Part shown: in pieces, positions 50,314 through 60,765 of the stretch | Layout of the letters: every line of letters begins with the position of its first letter | How positions within the stretch are numbered: the stretch's first letter is position 1 | From: Verrucomicrobiaceae bacterium | GTDB taxonomy: Bacteria > Verrucomicrobiota > Verrucomicrobiia > Verrucomicrobiales > Akkermansiaceae | Assembly: GCA_051252135.1 (NCBI GenBank) | Contig: JBPOGH010000003.1 | Location: forward strand, 32,001-96,000 | Reading direction: 5' to 3' | DNA: 64,000 nucleotides | The notes under the pieces: model-generated | The model's database searches: none | What the model saw: the letters and a program-made list of their open reading frames with translations, nothing else | Told to the model about the DNA's origin: nothing | Translations under genes and position numbers: made by a program

Positions 50314-50844
50314 TTAGGGAGCGAAGACAGTTGCTTCTTTGGCGACTCTTTTGGCCGCACCGGGAATGAAAGATTCGGCAGTCTGGGTCGCTGCGGCCAA
50401 TCCGCCCAGTGCCCAGCTGTTCTTGTCGACATTGACCGTTCCCAGAGGACCGGACTTGTCGGAAAATTGCACGGTGGAATTGAAGTTTGAATTACCCGCG
50501 GAGAAGCCAATCATCAGGCGCAAAGCCGCATTCCCATCGTCATATTCGGTAATCGCACCGGAGATCAAAAGAGTCTGGTCATCGACTTTTCCGGAACGGG
50601 AAACCTTCGCAAATTTACCGGTCTTGGAAACCTCGGATACAATCATGTCCGCAAAGGTCTTCTGCGCAATCGCCACCTTGCTCTGCACTCCCAGGTCACT
50701 GACCTGATTCTGAAAATCACGGACAACAACCTTGGAATACTTCTTACCCGACTCATTCGCCGTCTTTGGAAGAGACGAGGTCGTTCCGCAAGACACAGCA
50801 AAAAAGCTGATGAGTGCCAAACCTGAAAGTTTAAGGAAGTTCAT
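50314..50844 (-). CDS. Lipoprotein (DUF4410-like) inside the atp operon
   Basis: Lipobox FAVSC; I.G.ITEYDDGNAALRLMIGFSAG.S motif. Confidence 0.8.
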   Translation of the reverse strand: MNFLKLSGLALISFFAVSCGTTSSLPKTANESGKKYSKVVVRDFQNQVSDLGVQSKVAIAQKTFADMIVSEVSKTGKFAKVSRSGKVDDQTLLISGAITEYDDGNAALRLMIGFSAGNSNFNSTVQFSDKSGPLGTVNVDKNSWALGGLAAATQTAESFIPGAAKRVAKEATVFAP

Positions 50845-50885
50845 GACGGAAGCGAATGATTGGAAGAATAAACAATAGGGAGGAA

Positions 50886-51782
50886 CTACTCCATGGCCTT
50901 CATGGCGGTCGTGATCTCAAGAAGCTCGGCCGTAATTGCTGCCTGACGCGCCTTGTTGTATTCCAGAGTCAGATCCTTGATCATGCTCTTCGCATTGTCG
51001 GTGGCGGCCTTCATGGAAACCATCCGGGCGGAGTGCTCGGAAGCACGGGCCTCAACCAGCATCTGGTAAATCTGGAAGTTGATGTAAAGCGGGAGAAGCT
51101 TGTCGAGAACACCTTCGGCACTTGGCTCAAATTCGTAATCGGTGCTCAGTGCTGACTCTGCATCGGTTTCACCGATCTCGTCCTTGCCCACACCCTCATA
51201 CTCCTTCTTCTCAGCCAAACCACTCGCCTCGATGGGGAGAAGCTGGGAAACGTAGGGAGTCTGGGTCAAAGTGCTGACGAAGTTGTTAAAGGCGACGCTG
51301 ATCTTGTCATAATCGCCACTGAGAAACTTCTCGGTGAGGAATTTGGCAATCGGCTTGGCGTCGTTGAAAGGAACAGGATCGGCAACCTCCCAGTCAGTGA
51401 CAATCTTGCCCCCGGTCTTGGCGATGGTCTGCCGAAGCTTCTTTCCAACCGTGACATACTCGGTGTCCGCAGTGGCATTTTTGCGAACCTCCTTATAAAG
51501 ATTCGTATTAAGTCCTCCGCAAAGTCCTCGCCCGGTGGAAATCACCAACATCAACTCCTTGCTGCCCTCACGCTTTCCAAGCAGCGGGTGGGACTCCTCC
51601 TCGGTGTTCGCCTTCAGGTTCACCAGAACCTTGTTCAGCTTGTCGGCATAGTCCCGGCCCGCAAGAGCCTGATCCTGTGCCTTCTTCATCTTGGCAGCCG
51701 AGACCAGCTCCATCGCCTTTGTGATCTGCGCGGTGCTTTTGACCGACTTAATGCGTCGGCGGATGTCACGAAGGTTAGCCAT
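50886..51782 (-). CDS. atpG: ATP synthase F1 gamma
   Basis: RRIKSVKST.QITKAMELV, RGLCG..N, ASEHSARM, NKARQAAIT.E. Confidence 0.99.
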   Translation of the reverse strand: MANLRDIRRRIKSVKSTAQITKAMELVSAAKMKKAQDQALAGRDYADKLNKVLVNLKANTEEESHPLLGKREGSKELMLVISTGRGLCGGLNTNLYKEVRKNATADTEYVTVGKKLRQTIAKTGGKIVTDWEVADPVPFNDAKPIAKFLTEKFLSGDYDKISVAFNNFVSTLTQTPYVSQLLPIEASGLAEKKEYEGVGKDEIGETDAESALSTDYEFEPSAEGVLDKLLPLYINFQIYQMLVEARASEHSARMVSMKAATDNAKSMIKDLTLEYNKARQAAITAELLEITTAMKAME

Positions 51783-51835
51783 GATTCAGTTGAACGTTAT
51801 GAAAACTTTGAAAATGAAAGGAGGGTCGATCGTAA

Positions 51836-53368
<1,533 letters not shown>

Positions 53369-53392
53369 GACAATTTGGTGTGAGAGTGTTGA

Positions 53393-53785
53393 TTAAAGGG
53401 AATTCGCCAGACGATCGAGGCGGGATTTGACGGAGCCGTCGAAGACATCATTGCCAACCCGAATTTTCAAACCTCCAATGAGGTCGGGGTTGGTCTCAAA
53501 GTTGAAGGAAAGGTCCTGGCCGTATTTCTGGCGCAGGGAAGTCGCCAACTGCTCGGCGGAGTTCGGGTCAAGCGCAACCGCGCTTTGCACCGTCACCTGC
53601 TTGCTGGCGAGTTCGTTACGAATAAGACGACGAAGCGTGTGAAGGATGCCGCGATAGTCGCGGGGCTTCTCAGTCGAAAGCTTGTTAATCGCCAAACGGA
53701 GATGGTCCTCGTTCATCTGGCCGTCTCCGGAACAGAGGCGGAAGATGCGGCGAGACAAGCTCAGGGCGGATTTGGAAACTTTCAT
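53393..53785 (-). CDS. atpH: ATP synthase delta (short form)
   Basis: V.SAV.L...PDLIGGLKIRVGNDVFDGSV.SRL; position between atpF and atpA. Confidence 0.92.
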   Translation of the reverse strand: MKVSKSALSLSRRIFRLCSGDGQMNEDHLRLAINKLSTEKPRDYRGILHTLRRLIRNELASKQVTVQSAVALDPNSAEQLATSLRQKYGQDLSFNFETNPDLIGGLKIRVGNDVFDGSVKSRLDRLANSL

Positions 53786-53806
53786 CGTCGTGCTGCGGTG
53801 GGAAAA

Positions 53807-54364
53807 TTAGTTTTGGACGCTTGCAGCAGCCTCTTGGTTGATCCGGGCCTGATCCTCAGGGGTGAGAACCTTACCGGAAACTTGAGCCGTGGCAGCCACC
53901 ACAAGACGACCGAACTCTTTCTTAAGATCGTTGGCCATCTGCGCGTGCTCAGCCTTGGATGCATCATGCGCCTTGGCAATGATTGCCTGCGCCTGATTGA
54001 CGGCTTCCTGGGATTTTTGCTCGGTGTAGGCACTTGCCCCGTCGCGAGCTTCGGAAATCAGGCGCTTGGCGTCATCGTTAGCCTTCGCAATCAGCTCGGC
54101 TGTCGTTTTTTCGCTGTCAGCGAGCTTCTGCTCAATTTCAGCAAGCTTGGCCTCACCATCGGCAATCCGGGTGCGGCGCTTCTCCAGCATTTCCATGATC
54201 GGACCGTAAGCGAACTTCTTAAGCACGAAGCAAACGATCAGGAAGGAAACAAGCTGCGAGATGAAGAGACTCCAGTGAACCCCGAACGTCCGGGTGATTT
54301 GCTCAAACTTGTTACCGGATTCGACGACCTCGGCGGCCAGAACGATGAATGATGGAACAGTCAT
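53807..54364 (-). CDS. atpF: ATP synthase F0 subunit b
   Basis: QLVSFLIV..VLKKFAYGPI..MLEKR followed by a coiled coil. Confidence 0.95.
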   Translation of the reverse strand: MTVPSFIVLAAEVVESGNKFEQITRTFGVHWSLFISQLVSFLIVCFVLKKFAYGPIMEMLEKRRTRIADGEAKLAEIEQKLADSEKTTAELIAKANDDAKRLISEARDGASAYTEQKSQEAVNQAQAIIAKAHDASKAEHAQMANDLKKEFGRLVVAATAQVSGKVLTPEDQARINQEAAASVQN

Positions 54365-54407
54365 AACAGAAAGAAATTGGGGAGTCTCGAAAAGGAAAAT
54401 TGAAAAG

Positions 54408-54443
54408 TCGGACCGGAGGGTTCGTAGCGAACCCTCCGACCGA
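54408..54443 (-). promoter_or_regulatory. Strong hairpin between atpE and atpF
   Basis: CGGAGGGTTCG-TAG-CGAACCCTCCG stem; likely mRNA stabiliser or partial terminator. Confidence 0.55.
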
Positions 54444-54453
54444 ATTAAATCAT

Positions 54454-54675
54454 TTACGCAAGGAAGATTGCGAAGAACACGATACCCTCGATAAGAGCAG
54501 CGAGAATGATGGAGATGGTAAGGACGTTACCGGCAGCGCCTGGGTTACGACCGGTGGCTTCGGCAGCTTTCATTCCGAGAAGGCCAATGCCGATTCCGGA
54601 ACCAAGAGCAGCAAGACCAACGTGGAGCTTACCTTCGACCATCGCGAAGAGGAACATGAGGAGTTCGTTGAACAT
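54454..54675 (-). CDS. atpE: ATP synthase F0 subunit c (H+-type)
   Basis: GxGxG helix, GRNP loop, ALIEG. Lacks the ES/T Na+ signature. Confidence 0.96.
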   Translation of the reverse strand: MFNELLMFLFAMVEGKLHVGLAALGSGIGIGLLGMKAAEATGRNPGAAGNVLTISIILAALIEGIVFFAIFLA

Positions 54676-54755
54676 GGTAGTATTTTTGTTTTGGTGTTTA
54701 TTCTCGGCACCCACGGTTATCTGCCCATGGTCCTGCCTCGAAAGTGTGTAAATTC

Positions 54756-55652
54756 TTAGTGGGCGTGTTCTTCGTCGTGATCTCCGTGATCACACATCAG
54801 CTTGAGGAAAACGGCACAGAGGAGAGTGAAGACGAGCGCCTGGATCAAACCCACGAGCAACTCAAGAAAGTAAAAAGGAAGCGCGGCCAGCCACTTCAAA
54901 TACGGAACAGGCACCGTGTTCATGATCGACTCGAGCATGTTCTCACCAGCGTAGACATTCCCGTAAAGTCGGAACATCAGGGCCACTGGACGAAGCGCAA
55001 TCGAGAAGACCTCGATCAAGCCCACCGCGAAGAAGATCACGATCATCCCCAAGAGCATCAACCCCTTGAAATCGCCCTTGGGCGCAAAGATGTGAGCCGC
55101 AAATTCCTTCACACTCGTTTCAGTGATGACCCAGTAAAACCAAAGGATCGCGAACGCAACCGCCATCGCGCCGGTCATATTCAAGTCAGCATTACCACCA
55201 CGAAGGAAAGGGCGGAACGTATCGTGAGGATCAACACCCTCTCCGGTAAGCATCCAACCAACGGTCCCAACCCCGGGAACAAGCCCCATCCAGTTGGAGA
55301 TCAAAATCATGATAAAGATCGTGCCAAAAAACCAAAAGGTCCGTCGCGCCAACTGATCACCCAAAATCCCTCCGAGGAAATTGATCAGACTTTCAACAAT
55401 CCACTCAATGAAATTCTGGAAACCCTTGGGCACAATTGAAATATCCCTCGTTGCCAGTTGGGCCACCACAATCAAAAACGCCGCCACAACCCAAACCATG
55501 ATCATCGAGTTGGTCACCACAAGGGGCCCGATGCTGAACACCTCTTCAGCGGATGCGGGAAGATGGTCATGCCCTTGGGCTGCCATCGCGGAAGAAGCCG
55601 TTACACAGAGGACTGCGAAAACGATTGAAAGAGAACGAAAGAAGAAAGACAT
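54756..55652 (-). CDS. atpB: ATP synthase F0 subunit a
   Basis: SNWMGLVPG, RPVALMFRLYGN.YAGE, ELLVGLIQA.VF.LL. Confidence 0.97.
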   Translation of the reverse strand: MSFFFRSLSIVFAVLCVTASSAMAAQGHDHLPASAEEVFSIGPLVVTNSMIMVWVVAAFLIVVAQLATRDISIVPKGFQNFIEWIVESLINFLGGILGDQLARRTFWFFGTIFIMILISNWMGLVPGVGTVGWMLTGEGVDPHDTFRPFLRGGNADLNMTGAMAVAFAILWFYWVITETSVKEFAAHIFAPKGDFKGLMLLGMIVIFFAVGLIEVFSIALRPVALMFRLYGNVYAGENMLESIMNTVPVPYLKWLAALPFYFLELLVGLIQALVFTLLCAVFLKLMCDHGDHDEEHAH

Positions 55653-55882
55653 CCTACGTGGCCCCGTGAATCGGGACGGGCGGGATTTAACGAGACGCCA
55701 GACTTCAAGCAAGTATTCTTTGTGAAAAATTTCACAAAGTCCATTTTCGCCCGTAGATTCAACGATCCCCCCCACCCCCCTCAAAGCAAATTTCCTCGGA
55801 ATCCCTTAACAACGTCCACTCCAATGCAAGAAACGATTCCTCTCCTCCCCCTTCCATGACCAATCCCGCCTCATTTTACCGC

Positions 55883-57337
55883 TTATTCCGACCCGGAACT
55901 CTCAAAGACCAACCGAAACCCCAAATCCTCCGCCTGATCCGAACGACTCGTCAACCAACTCCGCGCCTCCACTCCTCCACCCGGATTCAAAAATGATGCC
56001 CCGCAGGCCATCGGGCGCTTCGCCCTCAATTGGTAGGCCGGATTGATTTCATTCTCCAGGGTCCACTCGCGAACATTGCCCCCCATCCCAATCAAACCCT
56101 TTTCGGTTCGATCCTTTACGGGAGCAGACGCCTTCCCCCAACCTGATACCGCCTCGGTCGGACTCGCCGCAGCCCGCCATTCACTCATCGTCGGCAATCT
56201 CCCGCCCCTCCATCGCGCAAAGGCACTCGCATCCCACCAATCGATCCCCACAACCGGACACCCCTCACTCACCAAACGCCCCTTCCAAATCCCCCCTGAA
56301 GCGGCCGCCGAGGACAATTCAGCCCAATCATCCGGCAAATGATCTCTTTTATCCTCCGGTTGATCCCCGTGCCGCAACATCGCCTGCTCCTCCTCGGAAA
56401 ACCCCTCGAGCGCATCCAAAAATTCACGATATTCCCCAATCGTCACCTCGTGCGCCCCCATCAGAAGCCCCGGAGAGACCTCAATCGGTGGAAGTCCCGG
56501 GTCCTCATCCACCACCTCCTGCTCAATACCATCATCCTGAAGAAGAAAAAAACCAAAGACTCCAAGCAAGCCAACCACCCCCAGGACCCACCACGGCTTC
56601 CGCTTGGGACGCACCACCTCCACCACTTGCGGCGGCGGCACCTCACCCGGTTGCGGTGCATTCCCCTCCAGTTGGTCAATCACCTGCCGGGAAAGCTTCC
56701 GAATCTGCTCCCAGGTCAATGGAATCTCCCGATCATAATCCGCCATGTAGGCCAACAACGACCCCACCCGTGTGGACCCGGGCAGCCCCGGCGTGAGCAT
56801 TTCATCAAAAAGCGCCCCCAAAAGCTGCTTGTCACGGGTCGATTGCGACTCATCCCGCGGACCATCTGCCACCAAATTCATCATCCGCAGATTTTCCCCG
56901 TTGATAACGATATGGTGGGGGGCAAGCGACACGGTCGCCAACCTCTTCTCCTCCAGATGCAATTGCGCCAACGCAATCTGCTCGATCAACTTCACCACCG
57001 CCAACGGCTCCAGCTCTTTGCCTCCCTCAAGCCACTCTTCCAAATTCTCACCCTCCAGACTCTCCCGCGCATAATAAGTGGCCTCATCATCATGGTGAGC
57101 CTCGTACACCGCACCAATTCCCGGGTGATGGGCTGCCGCCTTCGCCCGAATATCCGCCACAAAGGATGTCTTGCACACAATATCGCGCGCCGCATCCTGC
57201 CGCAGCATTTCCAGCATCACCTCCCGCTGCATCGAAATCTGCTCCGCCCGCCAGGTCCGCGTCAGCGCTCCCCCGGACACCGCCTCAACAAGACGGTAAT
57301 CCCCGATGATATCTCCAGCCTGCCGCGATTGCCCCAT
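55883..57337 (-). CDS. Ser/Thr kinase-like (degenerate) domain, TM and FGE-sulfatase/SUMF1-like domain
   Basis: GDYRL, A.Q..MQREV.L and HPGIGAVYEA kinase-fold features; one TM; HEVTIGEY..F, PVVGIDWWDA, GRLPT..EW, MGGNVREW, LGFR. Confidence 0.85.
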   Translation of the reverse strand: MGQSRQAGDIIGDYRLVEAVSGGALTRTWRAEQISMQREVMLEMLRQDAARDIVCKTSFVADIRAKAAAHHPGIGAVYEAHHDDEATYYARESLEGENLEEWLEGGKELEPLAVVKLIEQIALAQLHLEEKRLATVSLAPHHIVINGENLRMMNLVADGPRDESQSTRDKQLLGALFDEMLTPGLPGSTRVGSLLAYMADYDREIPLTWEQIRKLSRQVIDQLEGNAPQPGEVPPPQVVEVVRPKRKPWWVLGVVGLLGVFGFFLLQDDGIEQEVVDEDPGLPPIEVSPGLLMGAHEVTIGEYREFLDALEGFSEEEQAMLRHGDQPEDKRDHLPDDWAELSSAAASGGIWKGRLVSEGCPVVGIDWWDASAFARWRGGRLPTMSEWRAAASPTEAVSGWGKASAPVKDRTEKGLIGMGGNVREWTLENEINPAYQLRAKRPMACGASFLNPGGGVEARSWLTSRSDQAEDLGFRLVFESSGSE

Positions 57338-57361
57338 GAACGTAAAAATGTCTTCTGAAAA

Positions 57362-58513
57362 TTACTCAAATTCGAGCACCCCGGATTGATCCCCTTCCGG
57401 CTCATCCTCCTCGAATTCAAGGCGGGGCAACAAGGAACCGCCCACCGATTGATTCTCCAGAGCCTCCAGAAGTGGATCAATGTCCGGATCCCAGGAACCA
57501 CTCGTAGCACGTTGATTTTGCATCTGCCTCACCAGCGTCCGGGGGTCGGCCCGGATATCGAGCAACTTCCCGTCGTAATAAAGCTCGGCCACAAAACCGT
57601 GAAACTTCCGCTCCCCAAAAATCAAATTCTCTCCCGCATCGCGAAACGGCACCTCATACCAAACCTCCACCATTTCTTCTCCATCGTCGAAATTGTATGG
57701 CTTGCTCACCCATTCGCTCCCCACCAAATCCGTCGCAAGACTCTTGCGCAAATTCCCTTCATCCTCTTCGAAAAAGTGCACCTTGGGCTGCAGCAGCTGG
57801 GGATCAAACTCCTTAGACACATCCGCCGTAATGCTCAAAATCACCCCGCGCCGCTCACCGGAGGCCGTAATCTCAGGCTCCATCTTTCGTAAGGCACCCA
57901 ACACCGCCAACCCCTCTGACTCCATCACCACCCCCTTGGTAATCTTGGCCGAGGCCTTCACCCACAGCGATCCCCCATCCAGAGGACCCAGCTGATACAC
58001 CTTCAAATAATAATCGGACGCCGAATCGTAAACCCCCATCGCCTCGTAATTCGAAGCAATCTCATACAAAATATTGGCATCCTCCGGCTCCTTAAGCTGC
58101 GCCTCCTCCAGCTTCATCATCGCCTTAATATAATCCCCGGCAATCCGGGCCGCCTTCGCATCCTCCACCAAGCGCTCCACCACCGGATCCGCAATCGCCG
58201 GAGCCGACTCCAGAACCTCCGGACTCACGTTCCGGTCCCTCTTGGAAAAAATAACCGCTTCAATCTCCGCTTGCGTCAGACTCGACCCAACATTCGCAGG
58301 CGCCTCCACCCGCACTTCCTTCTCAACCGTAATATACTGCGGGACCACTTTGGTGATCACCTCCGGCTCCGCGACTTTCTGCTGGCGAAGCACCATCGCG
58401 GTGCCAATCGTCACCAGCTGACCAAAGGCAATCACACCCATCAGCCAGCACGAAACCCGAAAGACCCCCAGCTGTGGGCCTCCCGCTTGATCCTCTTGGT
58501 CTGAATTTCCCAT
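57362..58513 (-). CDS. Membrane-anchored TPR-containing protein
   Basis: N-terminal TM; TPR-like GDYIKA...EP.DANILYEIASNYEAMG.YD.A..YY.KV. Confidence 0.75.
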   Translation of the reverse strand: MGNSDQEDQAGGPQLGVFRVSCWLMGVIAFGQLVTIGTAMVLRQQKVAEPEVITKVVPQYITVEKEVRVEAPANVGSSLTQAEIEAVIFSKRDRNVSPEVLESAPAIADPVVERLVEDAKAARIAGDYIKAMMKLEEAQLKEPEDANILYEIASNYEAMGVYDSASDYYLKVYQLGPLDGGSLWVKASAKITKGVVMESEGLAVLGALRKMEPEITASGERRGVILSITADVSKEFDPQLLQPKVHFFEEDEGNLRKSLATDLVGSEWVSKPYNFDDGEEMVEVWYEVPFRDAGENLIFGERKFHGFVAELYYDGKLLDIRADPRTLVRQMQNQRATSGSWDPDIDPLLEALENQSVGGSLLPRLEFEEDEPEGDQSGVLEFE

Positions 58514-58594
58514 CGCGAGCCGCAGTCTAAGAACTGACATCGCTCCTGTCAACGGGGCCTTGCACTCGTCGAAAACCCACGTAAATCTTTCCTC

Positions 58595-59848
58595 ATGCTT
58601 CGCTCCGCGGCTCCCTACCCCCAACTCTGCCCCCTCCGGGCCGAGCCCGAGGACGTCGCCCGCAGACTTTCCCACCTCCCCGGCCTCGTCTTCTTCGACT
58701 CCGCCGGAAACCTCCCCACTAACCACGCCCCGCCCCTCTCCATCATCGGAGCCCGCCCCGTGGAAATCCTCACCGGACACATCTCCAAAACCCAAACACT
58801 CGCCAACGCGCTCGACAAAAACGCCATCAAAGCACGCGACTACGGATTCCCCGCCGGAGCCGCCTGCGGATGGATTGATTACAATGGCGACTACACCTTC
58901 GGCCTCTACCCCGAACTCCTCATCTACCACCACCGCACCGGTGAATGGTGGGAAACAGGCTCCCTTTCCGAAGAACTCAGGGAACCCGCCCCTCCCCGCG
59001 CAGCCTCCCTCGGCACCTGGGAATCCTCCTTGAAAAAGCACGATTTTCTCGCCGCGGTGCGCACCGCCAAGGAATACATCGCCGCCGGTGACATCTATCA
59101 GGTCAACCTTTCCCGCCGCCTCGCCGCACCCTGCCACGCACCCGACGGACTCTTTCCCCTCTACGAAAAACTTAGAACCTCCGCACCCGCCCCTCTGGCT
59201 TCCTACTTCAATCTCGCAAACCGCGAAATCATCTCCTCCTCACCCGAAACCTTCCTTCGCCTCTCCGGCCGCGAGATCGAAACCCGGCCCATCAAAGGCA
59301 CCCGACCCCGCTTTGCCGATCCCGAGCTCGACTCACGCTCCGCCTTCGACCTCCGCCAATCCGAAAAGGAAACCGCCGAGCTCGTCATGATCACCGACCT
59401 CCTCCGCAATGACATCGGACAAGTCTGCGAGTTCGGCTCCGTCCAGGTCACCGACATGCTCCAGCTCGAAAAACTCCAGCACGTCCACCACCTCGTCTCC
59501 ACCGTCAAAGGCACCCTCACCCCCGGCTGCTCCCACCTCAACGCCCTCGCCGCCTGCTTCCCCGGCGGCTCCATCACCGGCGCCCCCAAAAAACGCGCCA
59601 CCGAGATCATCTCCGAGCTCGAACCCTGCCCCCGCGGCCTCTACACCGGCGCCATGGGATACTTCGGCTTCAACGGCGAATCCCAATTCAACATCGCCAT
59701 CCGCACCCTCATCCACGAAAAAGGCGAACTCTCCTACAGCGTCGGAGCCGGCATCGTCGCCGACTCCGAACCCCTCGCCGAATTCGAGGAAACCGAGCAC
59801 AAAGCCGCCGGAATGAAGCTGGCCATCGAAGGAATCGGCAAACCCTAA
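58595..59848 (+). CDS. pabB: Aminodeoxychorismate synthase component I
   Basis: YIAAGDIYQVNLS, SSSPE.F, RPIKGTRPR (PabB-type Lys), AELVMITDLLRND, FPGGSITGAPK. Confidence 0.88.
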   Translation: MLRSAAPYPQLCPLRAEPEDVARRLSHLPGLVFFDSAGNLPTNHAPPLSIIGARPVEILTGHISKTQTLANALDKNAIKARDYGFPAGAACGWIDYNGDYTFGLYPELLIYHHRTGEWWETGSLSEELREPAPPRAASLGTWESSLKKHDFLAAVRTAKEYIAAGDIYQVNLSRRLAAPCHAPDGLFPLYEKLRTSAPAPLASYFNLANREIISSSPETFLRLSGREIETRPIKGTRPRFADPELDSRSAFDLRQSEKETAELVMITDLLRNDIGQVCEFGSVQVTDMLQLEKLQHVHHLVSTVKGTLTPGCSHLNALAACFPGGSITGAPKKRATEIISELEPCPRGLYTGAMGYFGFNGESQFNIAIRTLIHEKGELSYSVGAGIVADSEPLAEFEETEHKAAGMKLAIEGIGKP

Positions 59849-59922
59849 CAGGAAAAAGCCACCTTCCCCGACCCCTTGCGCTTGTCTCAACTGAGCGGAT
59901 TGGGCAGGCTGTCCGTGAGCTT

Positions 59923-60759
59923 ATGAAAATCACCAAAGCCGTCATCACGGCCGCCGGCCCCGACCAGCAGCACCTCCCCCTCCAGACACTCGTGAGTGCC
60001 TCTGGAGAAACAAAGACCGTGATCGCCCTGCTTCTCGACGAAGCCCTGGCCGCTGGAATCGATTCCGTAGCCATCATCATCGCCCCCGGCACCCAGAGCG
60101 ACTTCGAAAAAGCCGTAGGGAAACACCTCGATGCCGTCACCTTCATCGAACAAACCGAACCACTCGGATTCGGCCACGCCATCCTCTGCGCCAAGGACTT
60201 CATCGGCCGCGAAAGCTTCCTCCTTCTCGTCGGCGATCACCTCTACCTCAGCACCCTCAAAAGCTCCTGCATGGAACAACTCATCAAGGTCGCCACCGAA
60301 GAACGATGCTCCGTCTCAGCAGTCCAGGCCACCCGCGAAAGCCAACTCCCTTTCTACGGCGCCGTCGGCGGCCAACGCATCGCTGGAAGCAAAGGACTCT
60401 ATGACATCGACACCGTCATCGAAAAACCCACCCCCACCGTAGCCGAACAAAAACTCATCATCCCCGGACTCCGCGCCGGCCGCTACCTCTGCTTCTTCGG
60501 CATGCACGTCATGACCCGCGCCGTCCTCGCCGAACTCGAAAAAACCGAGTTCGACTCCTCCGGAAAAATCCCCCTCACCCCCATCCTCTCTGATATCGCC
60601 AAAGCCGAGCGCTACCTCGCCCTCGAAATCAAAGGCCGACGCTTCAACATTGGCGAAGGCTACGGACTCCTCCGCGCCAACCTCGGCATGGCCCTCGCCG
60701 GACCCGATCGCGACGAGGTCATGGGATCCATCATCGAGCTCATCTCCTCCACACGCTAG
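59923..60759 (+). CDS. GalU-like nucleotidyltransferase with degenerate N-terminal signature
   Basis: KAVITAAG, Q.EPLGFGHAILCA, FLLLVGD, IEKP. Confidence 0.85.
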   Translation: MKITKAVITAAGPDQQHLPLQTLVSASGETKTVIALLLDEALAAGIDSVAIIIAPGTQSDFEKAVGKHLDAVTFIEQTEPLGFGHAILCAKDFIGRESFLLLVGDHLYLSTLKSSCMEQLIKVATEERCSVSAVQATRESQLPFYGAVGGQRIAGSKGLYDIDTVIEKPTPTVAEQKLIIPGLRAGRYLCFFGMHVMTRAVLAELEKTEFDSSGKIPLTPILSDIAKAERYLALEIKGRRFNIGEGYGLLRANLGMALAGPDRDEVMGSIIELISSTR

Positions 60760-60765
60760 GACGCC

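Noticed and set aside
54454..54675. Na+-translocating or N-type ATPase
   Set aside because: The c-subunit has IEG rather than the ES/T Na+ motif, the gene order is canonical BEFHAG-DC, and there is no atpR/atpQ.
55883..56480. Formylglycine-generating enzyme maturing the local sulfatases
   Set aside because: The domain is fused behind a TM to a kinase-like domain and lacks the evident catalytic cysteine pair.
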